Origin: Felis catus
Lineage: Eukaryota
NCBI RefSeq assembly: GCF_018350175.1
Contig: NC_058372.1
Span: 148,552,001-148,616,000 of the forward strand
Direction of reading: 5' to 3'
DNA length: 64,000 bases
In this document: positions 11,785 to 23,830 of the stretch, piece after piece
Numbering within the stretch: position 1 is the stretch's first letter
Layout: every line of letters starts with the position of its first letter
The notes under the pieces: generated by a model
Databases searched by the model: none
What the model saw: the letters and a program-made list of their open reading frames with translations, nothing else
What the model was told of the DNA's origin: nothing
Made by a program: the position numbers and the translations under genes

Positions 11785-12612
11785 TATTTTAGAGCAGTGT
11801 TAAGTTTATAGAAAATTGAGCAGGAAGTAGAGAGGTCCAATATTCTCCTTCCCTCTGCCCTCAGCTCCCTTGTTAATGATGTGGCATTGGGGCGCCTGGG
11901 TGGCTCAGTTGGTTAGACGTCCGACTTCAGCCCAGGTCACGATCTCGCGGTCCGTGAGTTCGAGCCCTGCGTCGGGCTCTGGGCTGATGGCTTGGAGCCT
12001 GGAGCTTGCTTCTGATTCTGTGTCTCCCTCTCTCTCTGCCCTTCCCCCGTTCATGCTCTGTCTCTCTCTGTCTCAAAAATAAATAAATGTTAAAAAAAAT
12101 TTTTTTTTAAATGATGTGGCATATTTGTTACAGCTCATGGACCAATGTTGATACGTTACTATGAACTGGAGTCCACAGTTTACATCAGGGGTCACGCCTG
12201 GCCCTGTATATTCTATGGGTTTTGCCAACTGTCACGTATCCACCATGACAGTATCGTCCAGAGTCGTCTCACTGCCCTAAAAAGATCTGCGTTCATCCCT
12301 CCCCCCACTTAACCCCTGACAGCAGCTAATCTTTGTATGTCTGCAGAGTTTCGTTTTTCCAGAATGTCATAGTTAATGCCATATGCTGCGTGGTCTTTTC
12401 CAACTGGCTCCTTCCAATGAGCCATATGCACTTAAGTTTCCTTCATGTCTTTCCAGGACGTGATGGCTCGTTCCTTTTTGGTGCTGAATAATATTCCGTT
12501 GTCCAGAGGTAGCATTTTATGTATCTGTTCCCCTACGGAAGGACATCTCAATTACTTCCAGGTTTTGGCAATTATGAATACAGCTGTTACAAATATCCAT
12601 GTGCAAGTTCTT
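11785..12612 (-). mobile_element. L1MC-like 3' region, interrupted by a SINE
   Basis: ATTTTAGAGCAGTGTTAAGTTTATAGAAAATTGAGCAGGAAGTAGAGAG start and GGACATCTCAATTACTTCCAGGTTTTGGCAATTATGAATACAGCTG are typical antisense L1M 3' sequences. Confidence 0.8.
11889..12109 (+). mobile_element. Can-SINE inserted in L1
   Basis: Full length. TSD AATGATGTGGCAT at 11875-11887 and 12110-12122. Confidence 0.96.
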
Positions 12613-12650
12613 TTTTCTATAAAGGAAAAAAATGGTTAAGCTAAACTTTT

Positions 12651-12866
12651 TTTAAATTTTTTTTAACGTTTTATTTATTTTTGAGACAGGGAGAGACAGA
12701 GCATGAACGGGGGAGGGTCAGAGAGAGGGAGACACAGAATCTGAAACAGGCTCCAGGCTCTGAGCAGTCAGCACAGAGCCCGATGTGGGGCTTGAACTCA
12801 CGGACTGCAAGATCATGACCTGAGCCGAAGTTGGCCGCTTAACCGACTGAGCCACCCGGGCGCCCC
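12651..12866 (-). mobile_element. Can-SINE
   Basis: TSD AAGCTA(A/C)ACTTTT at 12638-12650 and 12867-12879. Confidence 0.96.
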
Positions 12867-14394
12867 AAGCTACACTTTTAAAAATAAAAGCATCACAGCA
12901 GATGCCACTTTTGACATTATGACCGCCGCGATTGCTGATGTTATTAGGATTACGTTACCGAACCTGAAAATAATGGCACTGCGAACAAGACAACTACAGC
13001 GTATCGCCTGGAACACCCACACCCACCGCGACATCTGATCCCATTCTAGATACTCAGAGCCTGGCATCCACCTGTTAGGAAGTGCCGTGCTCCTGAGGAA
13101 GGAGACAGAAAGGCAAACGCGTGCCGGAACACGCTCTGGACGAGCGACAGAAAACCCAGCCTCTGACAGAGCCTGAAACAATAGAGCTTCATCCCTCCAA
13201 GATAACAAGACCCGCGGGAGGCACCTGCTGATGCTGCCAGCCAAGTCACACGGTCCTCCCGCCCCTCCTCCCGCCGTCCACGCACGCACCACGCTGGCCA
13301 CCTCTACCCTGTGGGCTCCTGGCTGCACGGTGGGTGCCGCAGCCCTCGAGCCGGACGGGAGGGCCGGTGCCAGCACGCCTTTGACCAGGGAGCCTCCGTG
13401 AAGGCTTCTCTGGTTTGCACCTCACTGGCCAGGCAGCGTCCCGTGCCCCCTCTGCCTGGGGGGGAGGCAGGGAGGCAAGTCTTTTGCTCCTCACGGTTCC
13501 GTGGCAGAGGAGATCAAAGGAGAGGGCACCGAGAACGTGTCGGACTAGCTCAACCCCGAGGTTTTGCCTCCGCAGGGAACAAGCAACCACGATCAACAGA
13601 CTCGGCACAGCTCCAGCTCGGCCCGTGCTCACTGCCCCCCAACCCCCCGGGATCTCCCTGCCGCCCTCGCTGAGACCCGGCGGGTGAGAGACGCGAACAC
13701 GGGGCACGGGTTCCATGAGGTCTCCTCCTGGCTGCTGTCACAGCCGCTTGTCCCCCGGCCCAACAGCGTGTGCGTGTAACACGCCTGGGCAATCTTGTCT
13801 TCTGGGGGGCCCCTGGCATGCTACCAGACCCAACTCTGCCCGTCCCCTGACGTTTAAGCTCGGGCCCTGAACACCGAGTTGGAGGGACAGGGAGGAGAGA
13901 AGAGGCCAAAGCTCGTTTTAGTGGCATTTCTCATTTGTTTCCGCTCAGGCCTTGCTATCCCTCGCTGAGGTCTTTGCGATAACTTCTTAGCTGTTCCCAC
14001 TGCCCGTATTCCATCCGTTCCCCCTTGTATTTCCAGCTGAGTCTCCCCGAAACACAGCAGAGCGTCTCTCTTACTTGCCCCCCAATCTTTGCTGCCTCCC
14101 CACTGCCTGCCGCCCAGAACCCCGATGTCTTAGTCTGACACGCAACATTCCCCGCCACCTGCCTGCCGTCTCACTATCCCCAGTCTGACCACAGGCCCTG
14201 CCTCTGAGCTTCTGCTCATGCTGTTCCCTCTGTCTGTAATGCGCCCTTCTTACAAAAATGCACTATTTCCATGCACAAACCAAGGAAACCCAGGTACTAA
14301 TCCAATTAGACAGCTCTCGTATGGCATATATATTAAAGCGTTTGAGATGTGAGTACAAAAGTTATTTTCGTAAGTACATCAACATCGTACACTT

Positions 14395-14597
14395 AAAATT
14401 TTTTTTGATGTTTCTATTGATTTTTGAGATAGATAGAAAGCAGGAGCTGGGGAAGGGCAGAGAAACAGGGAGACGGGAACCGAAGCGGGCTCTGCACTGA
14501 CAGCTGAGAGCCGGATGCGGGGCTAGAACTCACAAGCTGTGAGATCACGAGCTGAGCCAAGGTCAGATGCTCAACCGACTGAGCCCCCCAGGCACCT
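14395..14597 (-). mobile_element. Can-SINE (diverged)
   Basis: Reverse-complement head GGTGCCTGGGGGGCTCAGTCGGTTGAGC and T-rich tail. Confidence 0.9.
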
Positions 14598-14648
14598 CTG
14601 GAAGTTATTTCATAGTATAGATGTGCTTTAAGGATTAATTTAAGCACT

Positions 14649-14832
14649 GGAGTGCCTGGGGGGCTCCGTCGGTGAAGCGTCCGACTTCAGCTCAGGTCCT
14701 GATCTCACGGTTTGTGAGTTCAAGCCCCACATCGGGCTCAGTGCTGTCAGCGCAGGGCCTGCTTTGGATCCTCTGTCCCCCTCCCCTCTCTCTGCCCTTC
14801 TCCCAAAAGTAAATAAACATTTTTTAAAAAAT
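14649..14832 (+). mobile_element. Can-SINE (diverged)
   Basis: GGAGTGCCTGGGGGGCTCCGTCGGTGAAGCGTCCGAC head, B-box GAGTTCAAGCCC, AATAAAC tail. Confidence 0.9.
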
Positions 14833-15119
14833 GTATTTGAAGGACTGAAACTATTACTATGCTATATATTAATTAACTAGAATTTAAATAAAAACTTGAA
14901 ACATTAAAAAAATAGAATACAGTTAAACCCAATAAAAATTATTTGTAATCCTCTCTCCCCACCAAAGGAATTATTCAAGGAAGACGAACGATATAAAACC
15001 AGAGAATTTAAAGACTGTGCTTTGGTAACCTACTAACAACATTATATACTTTCACATATATGAAAATCTCTAAAGCTACATGGAGAAGAGCATAGTATGC
15101 ATTCTGTTTTGCTACAATT

Positions 15120-15195
15120 TTTTAGCAATTCCTTAGTCTTCTGGGCCTCAACTGTCACATCAGTAAAATGGGCATATTCATAACCTGGACACCAG
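15120..15195 (+). mobile_element. MIR fragment
   Basis: CTGGGCCTCAACTGTCACATCAGTAAAATGGGCATA matches the MIR core. Confidence 0.6.
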
Positions 15196-15435
15196 ATAGG
15201 CGGACAGAGTGGGAACCTCACTGGGGGTCCTTCCAGCTTTAAAACATTCAATACTGTTAGATATTTAGAAGAAAAATAAAAGAATGTTTTAAAAGTTACT
15301 AAATTACTTAATAATGGCAGCATTGCATTTCCAACAATCTCTCCCTAAATCACGTAAACATGTGACTAACACATGTGGGAATCCAGAGTCTAGAGGAGGG
15401 GGAAGCACAGCAGCACGAAGAAATTCTGCATTTCT

Positions 15436-15649
15436 TATTTTAAAAAAATTTTTAATGTTTATTTTATTTTTGAGACAGAGACAGAGTATGAGTCAGGGAG
15501 CGGCAAAGAGGGAGACACAAGACCCGAAACAGTCTCCAGGTTCTGAGCTGTCAGCACAGAGCCCGATGTGGGGCTCGAACCCACAGACTGCAAGATCATG
15601 ACCTCAGCCGAAGTCAGAGGCTCAACCGACTGAGCCACCCAGGCTCCCC
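15436..15649 (-). mobile_element. Can-SINE
   Basis: Full-length reverse-complement body and tail. Confidence 0.93.
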
Positions 15650-15650
15650 A

Positions 15651-15937
15651 AGTTTATTTAAATTTAAAGAGAGAGACAGTGACCCTCCCCCGTTCATGCT
15701 CTCTCTCTCTGTCTCAAAAATAAATAAACGTTAAAAAAAAAAAAAAAGAGAGAGAGAGACAGAGACAGAGCTTGAGCAGGGGTGGGGCAGAGAGAGAGGG
15801 AGACACAGAATCCACAGCAGGCTCCAGGCTCCGAGCCATCAGCACAGAGCCCGGTGCGGGGCTTGAACTCACGGACCGCGAGATCATGACCGGAGCCGAA
15901 GTTGGACACTCCACCGCCTGAGCCACCCAGGCGCCCC
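15651..15937 (-). mobile_element. Can-SINE, host of a nested truncated SINE
   Basis: Head ends GGCGCCCC at 15937; tail GTTTATTTAAATTT at ~15652; interrupted at 15680-15744. Confidence 0.9.
15680..15744 (+). mobile_element. 5'-truncated Can-SINE nested in opposite orientation
   Basis: TGACCCTCCCCCGTTCATGCTC...AAAAATAAATAAACGTT(A)n, flanked by AAAGAGAGAG..ACAG repeats. Confidence 0.85.
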
Positions 15938-16535
15938 TTCACCACAGTTTTTAAAAGAGTCCAAGAGAAGGAACTGCTCTCCACCTCACTTAGTCCTTTT
16001 CCAAAACCCCTATTCGGGTGACTCCATTCTGTGGTGTCTCATGTAATTGCTTCGGGTGGTTCTACCCAGCTCCAAACGGTACTGGTGTCCAGAAACCTAA
16101 CAAGAATGATGGAAGTCGCACAAGGAAAGCAATTCTTGAGGAATTGCAGCCTGGCCCGCTCACACCACCCCGTGATACTTACTCCCAGGACCTTTCTAGT
16201 GCCCATGAGCAGAGAGACTTGCGCCCCACCAAATGCGAGGAATATTTTAGATCTTTCTTAACAACCTGTGGCACCATTCACCAGATTCTGCCTCTTCTTA
16301 CGATTCTCACTTGACTTTTAGAAACAACTATTCATACAAGGAAGTAGCGAATTACGGGGATTTTTCACCACACACATTTCCGTGTCCGTGGAGCACAAGG
16401 GAAGATGTGTCTGCGGTGGTACAGGGCTCAGTCACATCACAGAACGAAAGGAAGCCTGGGGGGTCTCAAGACCGCTGTACCCAAGGGGTGGCACATTCCC
16501 AAATGTATCTTCCCCTTAACTGATTACTGCGTGAT

Positions 16536-16762
16536 GGGGCGCCTGGGGGGCCCCGTCGGTTGAACGTCCGACTTCGGCTCAGGTCATGATCTCACGGCTC
16601 GTGGGTTCGAGCCCCACGTCGGGCTCTGTGCTGATGGCTCGGAGGCTGAAGCCTGGAGCCTGCTTCTGCTTCTGTGTCTCCCTCTCTTTCTGTCCCCCTC
16701 GCATTCTGTCTCTGTCTCTCTCAAAAATAAATAAACATGAAAAAAATTAAAAAAAAAAAAAA
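16536..16762 (+). mobile_element. Can-SINE
   Basis: GGGGCGCCTGG head, B-box GGTTCGAGCCC, (CT)n, A-tail. Confidence 0.95.
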
Positions 16763-17176
16763 GAAGCATGTATTATTACTAACAATCACAACTGACATTT
16801 ACCCGTTGCTCCTCTGCTGGTCAATGTGCTAAGCTCTTCACATGAATTATTCTCTTTAAGGCAATTGGACTGCAGTGCCCAGCAGGGTCCAGCGCGACAC
16901 CACTTTGCTCCGGGACCTCCCTCCTAATTAAGGACTTGCTGCCCAGGGCGCTGTGGCTGGGCCTTTGTGAGGATAAAATGAGTGACCTACAGGAAATACA
17001 GCCCCTGGCCTCTAAGAGCTTAAAAGCTTTTGAAGGAGACAAATAATAACACAAAAGCTAGCAGCAACCGTCTTTAAGACAGATTTGTTCTGTCTTCCTT
17101 AGAAATACTGTTCGACGGGATCCGAATTAGGCCCGTGCCACCCTGGAGACCCTGGCTTAAAGTCTAGTTCTTTCTC

Positions 17177-17371
17177 AGGGCGCCTGGGTGGTGCATCCGA
17201 CTTCGGCTCAGGTCATGATCTCGCGGTCCGTGAGTTCGAGCCCCACGTCGGGCTCTGTGCTGACAGCTCAGGGACTAGAGCCTGCTTCAGATTTGGTGTC
17301 TCCCTCTCTCTCTGCCCCTCTCCTGCTCATGCTCTTTCTCTCTCTCAAAAATAAACATTAAAAAAAAAAAA
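17177..17371 (+). mobile_element. Can-SINE with deletion in the A-box region
   Basis: GGGCGCCTGGGTGGTGCATCCGAC lacks CTCAGTCGGTTAA; normal 3' half. Confidence 0.93.
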
Positions 17372-17594
17372 TCTAGCTCTGTCTCTCATCTCTGCGGTGC
17401 TGGGGCTGGAAGGTAGAGATGCCGGGGGGGGGGGGGGGGTGGGCAGCGGCCGGATCCCAAGGCACAAAAAGGTCTTTCTCAGCTCACGTGCACACGAGCA
17501 AAGTACAAAAAGCCCACGACGCAAGAGAAAGCCGAAAGAAATTCTTATTCCACAGAAACAAGGCACGACAAATAATTACCCTTTGGCCTAGTTT

Positions 17595-17819
17595 TATTTA
17601 TTTTTTTTGATTAAGAAAATTTTTCTTTAATGTTTATTTTTCAGAGACAATGCGTGAACGGAGGAGGGGCAGAGAGCGAGGGAGACACAGAATCCGCAGC
17701 AGGCTCCAGGCTCCGAGCTGCCAGCACAGAGCCCGACGCGGGGCTCGAACTCACCAACCGCGAGATCATGACCCGAGCCAAAGTTGGACGCCCCACGGAC
17801 TGAGCCGCCCAGGCGCCCC
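17595..17819 (-). mobile_element. Can-SINE
   Basis: Reverse-complement body; flanking TTGGCCT(A/G)GTT repeat. Confidence 0.93.
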
Positions 17820-19131
17820 TGGTTGGCCTGGTTCTAAAAGAAAGTTCCGCGTCCTCCAAAAATCCACAGGGTCTTGTTCCACAGCGTTTCGTCTTCCCTT
17901 TCAAAGTTCCAGCCGTACCCGAAACGCCAGAGGCTGCCGCGAACAGAGGAAGTGCGGGTCCCGGCCAGCAGGGCCCTCAGACCGGGCGTGGAGAGGGACA
18001 CCGGCTGGGCTCGGGCGGTGTGCACGGCGAGGGCGTGCTGCGCTTCACTTCTGAACGCAACAGGATTTCAGGCTCAACACCTCTGCCTCCGGCTGTTCTT
18101 GGCAAACGGCATACATACATAACAGAGCGAGAAGTCTGCAATATGCTCGGCAGACTTAGACGCCAAGGTGAGGCCATTCCTAAAGAATGTTCGGCTCCCC
18201 GTTTCCACCCAATGGTTTCCAGATTGGCGTGCGAGGAGCTGCCTCGTCCAGAGCTGGGTGGGGTGGGGACAGGAGGAGCCAGGGACAGGACAGGACGGCA
18301 CAGGACAGGGCTGGGAGGAAACGAAAGGTCATGTCCAAGCCCTTGGCTTTTATCTCCGTCTGGAATGATTTGGTGAAGATAGAAGAAAAAGTTTCAGTGT
18401 TCCCGCCATAAACGTATAACGAGCCCTTTATAATGAACCACGTCCTCCTCGTGAAAAATGTTACACAGCATTCTGTGTGGATGAAGTCAGAGAAACACGC
18501 TAACTGGCGAGACGTTGCATTCGTTGGGGGAGATTGGCGATCCGCGGGGCGTCTGTGGAAGGCGGCCTAGAAAGTGGATTCCCTGAAAAAGACTCCATCC
18601 AGAGCCTCTAGTTTTTGGGGAAAAGAACATGAAGAGGGTAGTTGAATACTTTGGGCAAGGAGGGCTCAAGCTTGGCTCCCAGGGACGGGCCGGACAGCTC
18701 AGGACACGTCCCAGCCTCTCTGCCTGCTGCCCCCTCGGGTGTCCGCCTCCTGGACGAGCGGCCAGGCCCGGGGATGGGCAGAAGCGGCCGGCCCCACACG
18801 CTCAGCGGCCAAAGAGCACACCCTGCCCTTCTCCACTTGCACCGTAGTCAGCGGGGGCACACGCCCGCCACGTGCAAAGGCAGGGTAGGGCGCGGCAAGG
18901 AAGCGGGGCCCTGAGACGGAAGAGTGACAAGCCCAGCGCCCGGGGCTTCCTGCACATACGAGGAGCTCACTTAGGGATGCGCCGCCCTGGAAGGCCAGGA
19001 GAGGAGGGCGGGGAGCAAGAGAGCAGGTGAGACTGACAAGAATCAGTGACAGCCACACGGGAGAAAAATCGAATTGTCAAGGTGAAAAGAGAATTAATAA
19101 CGGCTGGCCAGCATACAAAGGCCCGAGCAGT

Positions 19132-19345
19132 GGGGCGCCTGGGGGACGCCGTCGATCAAGCGTCTGACTCTTGGTTTCAGCTCAGGTCATGATCTCACGG
19201 TTGGTGAGTTCGGGCCCCATGTCGGGCTCTGCACTGGCAGCGTGGAGCCCACTTGGGATTGATTCTCTCTCGGTCTCTCTGGCCTCCTCACTCGTGCTCT
19301 CTCTCTGTGTGTGTCTCAAAAATAAACATTTAAAAAAATAAGAAG
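19132..19345 (+). mobile_element. Can-SINE (older subfamily)
   Basis: GGGGCGCCTGGGG head, GACTCTTGGTTTC variant, AATAAAC tail. Confidence 0.92.
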
Positions 19346-21538
19346 AAAGACCCAACGTGTGCGGTGGGGGGGAGGGGGCGTGGTGCAGAGCACCCCCGCC
19401 GGGGCACGGGGCAAGGGGAAGAGGCCACATCTCAACCCACGGCGGCACGCTGTTTGCAGCGGAGGGAAAGCATTAAGTCCGAGGTCTGCTGACTGCAAAC
19501 GGGACACAATGCTGAAGCCACACCTAGACGCGTCTTTGTCCAATTTCAGAGCACTGGTGACCAGGACGGGCTGGAGGTCGCGAAAAGACGGGGCAGGGAA
19601 GAGCCAGACATCCAGGAAGGTGTTTAACAGAAGGCAGCAGGCAGGGGCCCCACGGACGCAGGTGCACAGCGCCCACAGTTGGGTACTCAGTCCTCATCAC
19701 GGAGGTGCTCGTGCCCCCGCGCCCCCCACCCCGGGATGAAGACAGAGTCAGGACCCGGGATTCCGGGTCGGCCTCGGGTCCTGGGACGAGATCGCATGAC
19801 GGCTCCCCGCTGGCCAAACGGGGTCCCGTCCTACTTGACCAGGGGGCAACGGCCACCTAGAACGGTCACGTGGAAACGCTGCGCATCCCTTAACGGGAGG
19901 TGCACATTGTCACAGCAAGCGAGTGGGGCCGGGCGGCAGGGACGCTGCCGGCTTCTCACGGGACTGGAGCTTTACCCACAGACAGTGGCCAGGCCGCCCG
20001 CCTCTCCCCGCCCATGTCTGCTTGGACGGGCCCCCCAAGGCTTGGGAAACTACGAGAAGGGGGTCTGCCACCCTATGCACCCAGCGCCCCCCAGTTTGCC
20101 ACCACAGGCTGTGCGGACGTTCCCTGGGCTGGACGGCGAGGCCCGGAATCCACGGCCGAGCGGCCGGAAGAAGCGTGGTCCCAGGGGAGGCACGCCGTCC
20201 TCGGAGGGAAGCCCAGGGAGCCCGTCGTGAGTTCTCCTTCCCAGAAATCCCCGAAGGTCTCCGTGGCCTCAATGCACGTCTTCTCTGTCCGGGCACGACG
20301 CATGCTGACGAGGCGGTCTGGGGGCAGGGCGGGGGGCACCAACTCCAGAGGGCAAGCAGCACCCCTGCCTGCACACCACACACCATACAGCACCCCGGGC
20401 CCTCTAGTCAGCACGACTGCCGCTCCCAGGGTCCTGCCCTCGAAGCTCCGCACTGGACACCTTACACGCGGGATTTCAAATCCTCAAGACCACCCCATGG
20501 CCCAGTATTACTCCAACAACAGCACAGAGACACGGACAGACAGGCAGACCGAGGCTCAGGGCGTAAGCGGCCCCAGGCTCGGAAGCTGGCAGCGACGTAC
20601 GTGAGGTCTGGGCCCTGGTTCAGCATTGCCCGGCCACACAAGTCAGGTGGGATGCACGTTCGGACAAATTCGTGGAGCAACGTGCTTTCCTGTGGGCCCT
20701 GAGAAAGGATGTGATTGGGTCCGGGGTCCGTTTTTCCAGACTCTAACCGCCTGACGCAGAAGACGGGCCTCGCGTGCTCTGTACGTTGGTTACAGCGTCT
20801 GGATGACGCTCGTCACAACTTGAGCTCCCGGATGGGCCGTGGGTGATGTCATATCCGGTCCTGCGAGAGCCAGGTCAGGTCAGCTGTCTCTGTCCACGTC
20901 TTTAGGCACCCAGATGCAGACGCCAGAGAGGGGCCCCAGGCAAGGACAATCCAGACCCCGGCCACACTCCTTGGGTGGAGAGAATCTGCCTGCCTGCTTT
21001 CGGTCAAGCCTTTGCGCCCTCAACAGAGACACGTGTGACCAGCAAGTTGCCTGTCGACTGCGCCCCACGGTTTATGCGTGTGCTGCACAGTGGCTTTGAT
21101 GATTGCATGCTGAAATACGAAACAAGCACGCACGCACGCACATCCCTGGGTTTTAACTGCTCTAACGACCTGATCCTAGACATGAGGTCATGCACCAGCA
21201 ACGATAATTTTTCAGATGTTGACAAAAATGCAACCAACCTTTCCGTCCTCTGAAAGGCAAGTTTTCGAGTAATTGATCAAGAGCTGTGTTGGTTTCCTCC
21301 CCTTCCCCCGTCTCCCACCTTCTCACACACACTTTTACGCAAGGAAGGACCAACAAGGTCTCTAATGCTGACCAGGGCAGCTCGAAGTCTGCGCTGTAAA
21401 ACAGGGCTGTCTTATTCCCTGTCTGGACAGCGCATCGGTCTCTAGAACAGCACCCGGGACGCCATCTCGTCCGACGCTCCCGCGGGCCTGGCGTGTGCTA
21501 CCTTCACTTTCTTAGGGGGTGACTTGGTATTCCAAAAC

Positions 21539-21740
21539 TTTTTTTTTAACGTTTACTTATTTTTGAGACAGAGTGCGAGCACAGGACGGGCAGGGAGAGA
21601 GGGAGACACAGAATCCGAAGCGGGCTCCAGGCTCTGAGCCGTCAGCACGGAGCCCGACGCGGGGCTCGAACTCACCAATCGCGAGATCACGGCCTGAGCC
21701 AAAGTCGGACGTTTAACCCACTGAGCCCCCCAGGCGCCCC
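21539..21740 (-). mobile_element. Can-SINE
   Basis: Reverse-complement full body ending CAGGCGCCCC at 21740. Confidence 0.94.
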
Positions 21741-21779
21741 TGGATGTCTTCGTATTTTAAAAGACAACATGAGCGGCAC

Positions 21780-21870
21780 AATTCTGGTTCAAATCCCAGC
21801 TGCGAGCTGCGTGACAGCACAGGTTATTTAAATCTCTGGGTCAAAATTTTCTCAAGTGGGAGGACAAAGT
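21780..21870 (+). mobile_element. MIR fragment
   Basis: CTGGTTCAAATCCCAGCT...GCTGCGTGAC...GTTATTTAAATCTCTG matches MIR. Confidence 0.65.
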
Positions 21871-22410
21871 ATGGCTCAGAGGCCTGTGGTGGAAACTTTA
21901 TTGGAAGCATCAAGCAGAAAAATACACAAATGGCTTTACCACTAAAGAAAAGGGCCCGGAAGGTAAACGACCCAAAGCCTGCTGCTGAGGAGCGCTGGAA
22001 ACCCACAGGCACACCTGTGACCGGCAGGTGACCGCGTAGGTCCCCTCCCCCAGTTTTTTAACGTGGGAACTCCAGGCCTCACTTCCCTGGCCCCTTGGGG
22101 CAGGCCTCTCGCCTGGCTGGGCTCTGAGGGCTGGATTCACACCCCTCCCCCCAGGTCACAGCGGGTCATCAGGGAAGAGCAGGAACCATACAGCCAAGAT
22201 GTGTCACCTACACAGAGTCACCTGGTTTCCTGGCAGGTGAAGACGCACGCACGCAAAGACAGTGACCTCTTGGTTTGAAATCCACGGACGCGGAGACTTC
22301 TCTTAGTCAGCTGTCTCACTCTTTTCTCTCTGCTATTGCCAAGAAATTATTCATGCTACCTATAAACCTTCCCTGTAAAATTGAACTCGCTTCCTCGTTC
22401 TTAAACCTGC

Positions 22411-22551
22411 AGGTGCACCTGGGTGGCTCCGTCAGTGAAGCATCAGGTCGTGATCTCGCGGTTCGCGGGATTGAGCCCCACGTCGGGCTCTGTCCTGATA
22501 GCACAGAGCCTGCTTGGCATTCTCTCTCTCTCTCTGCCCCTTCCCCTGCTT

Positions 22552-22583
<32 letters not shown>

Positions 22584-22615
22584 AACGTAAATAAACTCCT
22601 ACAAAATAATAAAAC
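22411..22615 (+). mobile_element. Can-SINE (diverged, small deletion)
   Basis: GCACCTGGGTGGCTCCGTCAG head, (CT)n, AAATAAAC tail. Confidence 0.9.
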
Positions 22616-22979
22616 ATAGGGAGAAAATCTGGGCATAATGCATCTAAAATATTCACAACTAAAAAAACGTCAAGCCAGCTCTACTGGAGTGACACCAGGA
22701 TTTACCACGAGACTAGCGGTGACCCCTCCCTCTCGTCACCAAAGACTCACAGCACACTTAGATGCCAGCCGTGCTGGGCACGAGGGATCCACAACTGTGT
22801 AAGACACGGTCCCTATTATCAAGCGGTGCCCAGTTCGGAAGGGGGGCGGCCTTGTACGCAAATAATCACTAGACAGATGTGCGAATGAAATAACAGCTCA
22901 AGTATTTCTTCGGCATCTGTTTTGTTCTGGACACGCAGATCCACACACGCAATCAGCAGAGGAATGTATTAGGAACGCT

Positions 22980-23830
22980 GGTAAGACGCAGAAAGGACCG
23001 GAAAACAGAGGGAACACTTTGTAAAGGGGAGGCTGTTTTGCGGGAGAGGCAGAGGCGGCGGGACAGAGACGTGGCGCCAGCGCCCGGGGGGTCTGGGACG
23101 TGTGACTGGGACGCAGGCGGTCAGCGAGGAGGTGGGGGAGGGGGGCGGATGAAGGACCCGTTTGCCGAACTCGACCCCGGAGACCGGCCACCGCAGGGTT
23201 CACAAGGGCACCATACGGGCGGCCTTTATTTGAGAACGCCCTGTCTGGCCATGCAGAGTGGGGACAAGAAGCAGGTGCACCCGGGCTGGGACCCGAGTCT
23301 TCCGGGTGAGAGGGGATGAGGGACAGAACTAGGGCGGCAGCAGCGGGGACGGTGTAAGTGCCCGGAGGACGCAGGTGCCGAGGAGGCAGAACTTACACGA
23401 TCGTCACGAAGAGGGACGACCCGAGGTTTCCGGGCTGGGCGGCTCGGTGAATGGCGTTGGGGGGGCGGGGGGGCAGCTGCTCTGGGCAGACACAAGGCAA
23501 ACTGCGGAGTGCGCGGCACAAAGGCGGGTGCAGGTGTAGGGGACCGAACGTGGGAGCGCGGCGCTGCGTGGAGCTCTGGAGGCAGCTCCCGCAGGTGTAT
23601 CAAAACGGAGGCGGGGCGGCTCCCTCGTCTGGAGCCCACCTTTCCTCTGGGTTTGCGCCCTCCGTGACATCGCAGAGACACGAGAGGCAGAAGAAAGAGA
23701 AACGTCAGGGGCGTTTTCCCCGAGAAACGACGCCTCTGTTTTAATGGTCGGGCCCGGGCTCCAGCTCTGCCCCGGAGAAAGCCCAGTGATCGCGCGCTCT
23801 GATCAGCTGGTACGCCCTTGTGCGCAGGCA
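22980..23830. promoter_or_regulatory. Small CpG island, candidate alternative promoter
   Basis: Dense CpG, GC boxes (GGGGCGG at ~23142 and ~23613), minus-strand donor CGT|GTAAGT at 23397/23396. Confidence 0.55.

Noticed and set aside
19679-20702. Long ORFs (183-259 aa) in three frames
   Set aside because: Stop-codon depletion in GC-rich DNA; open in several frames on both strands.
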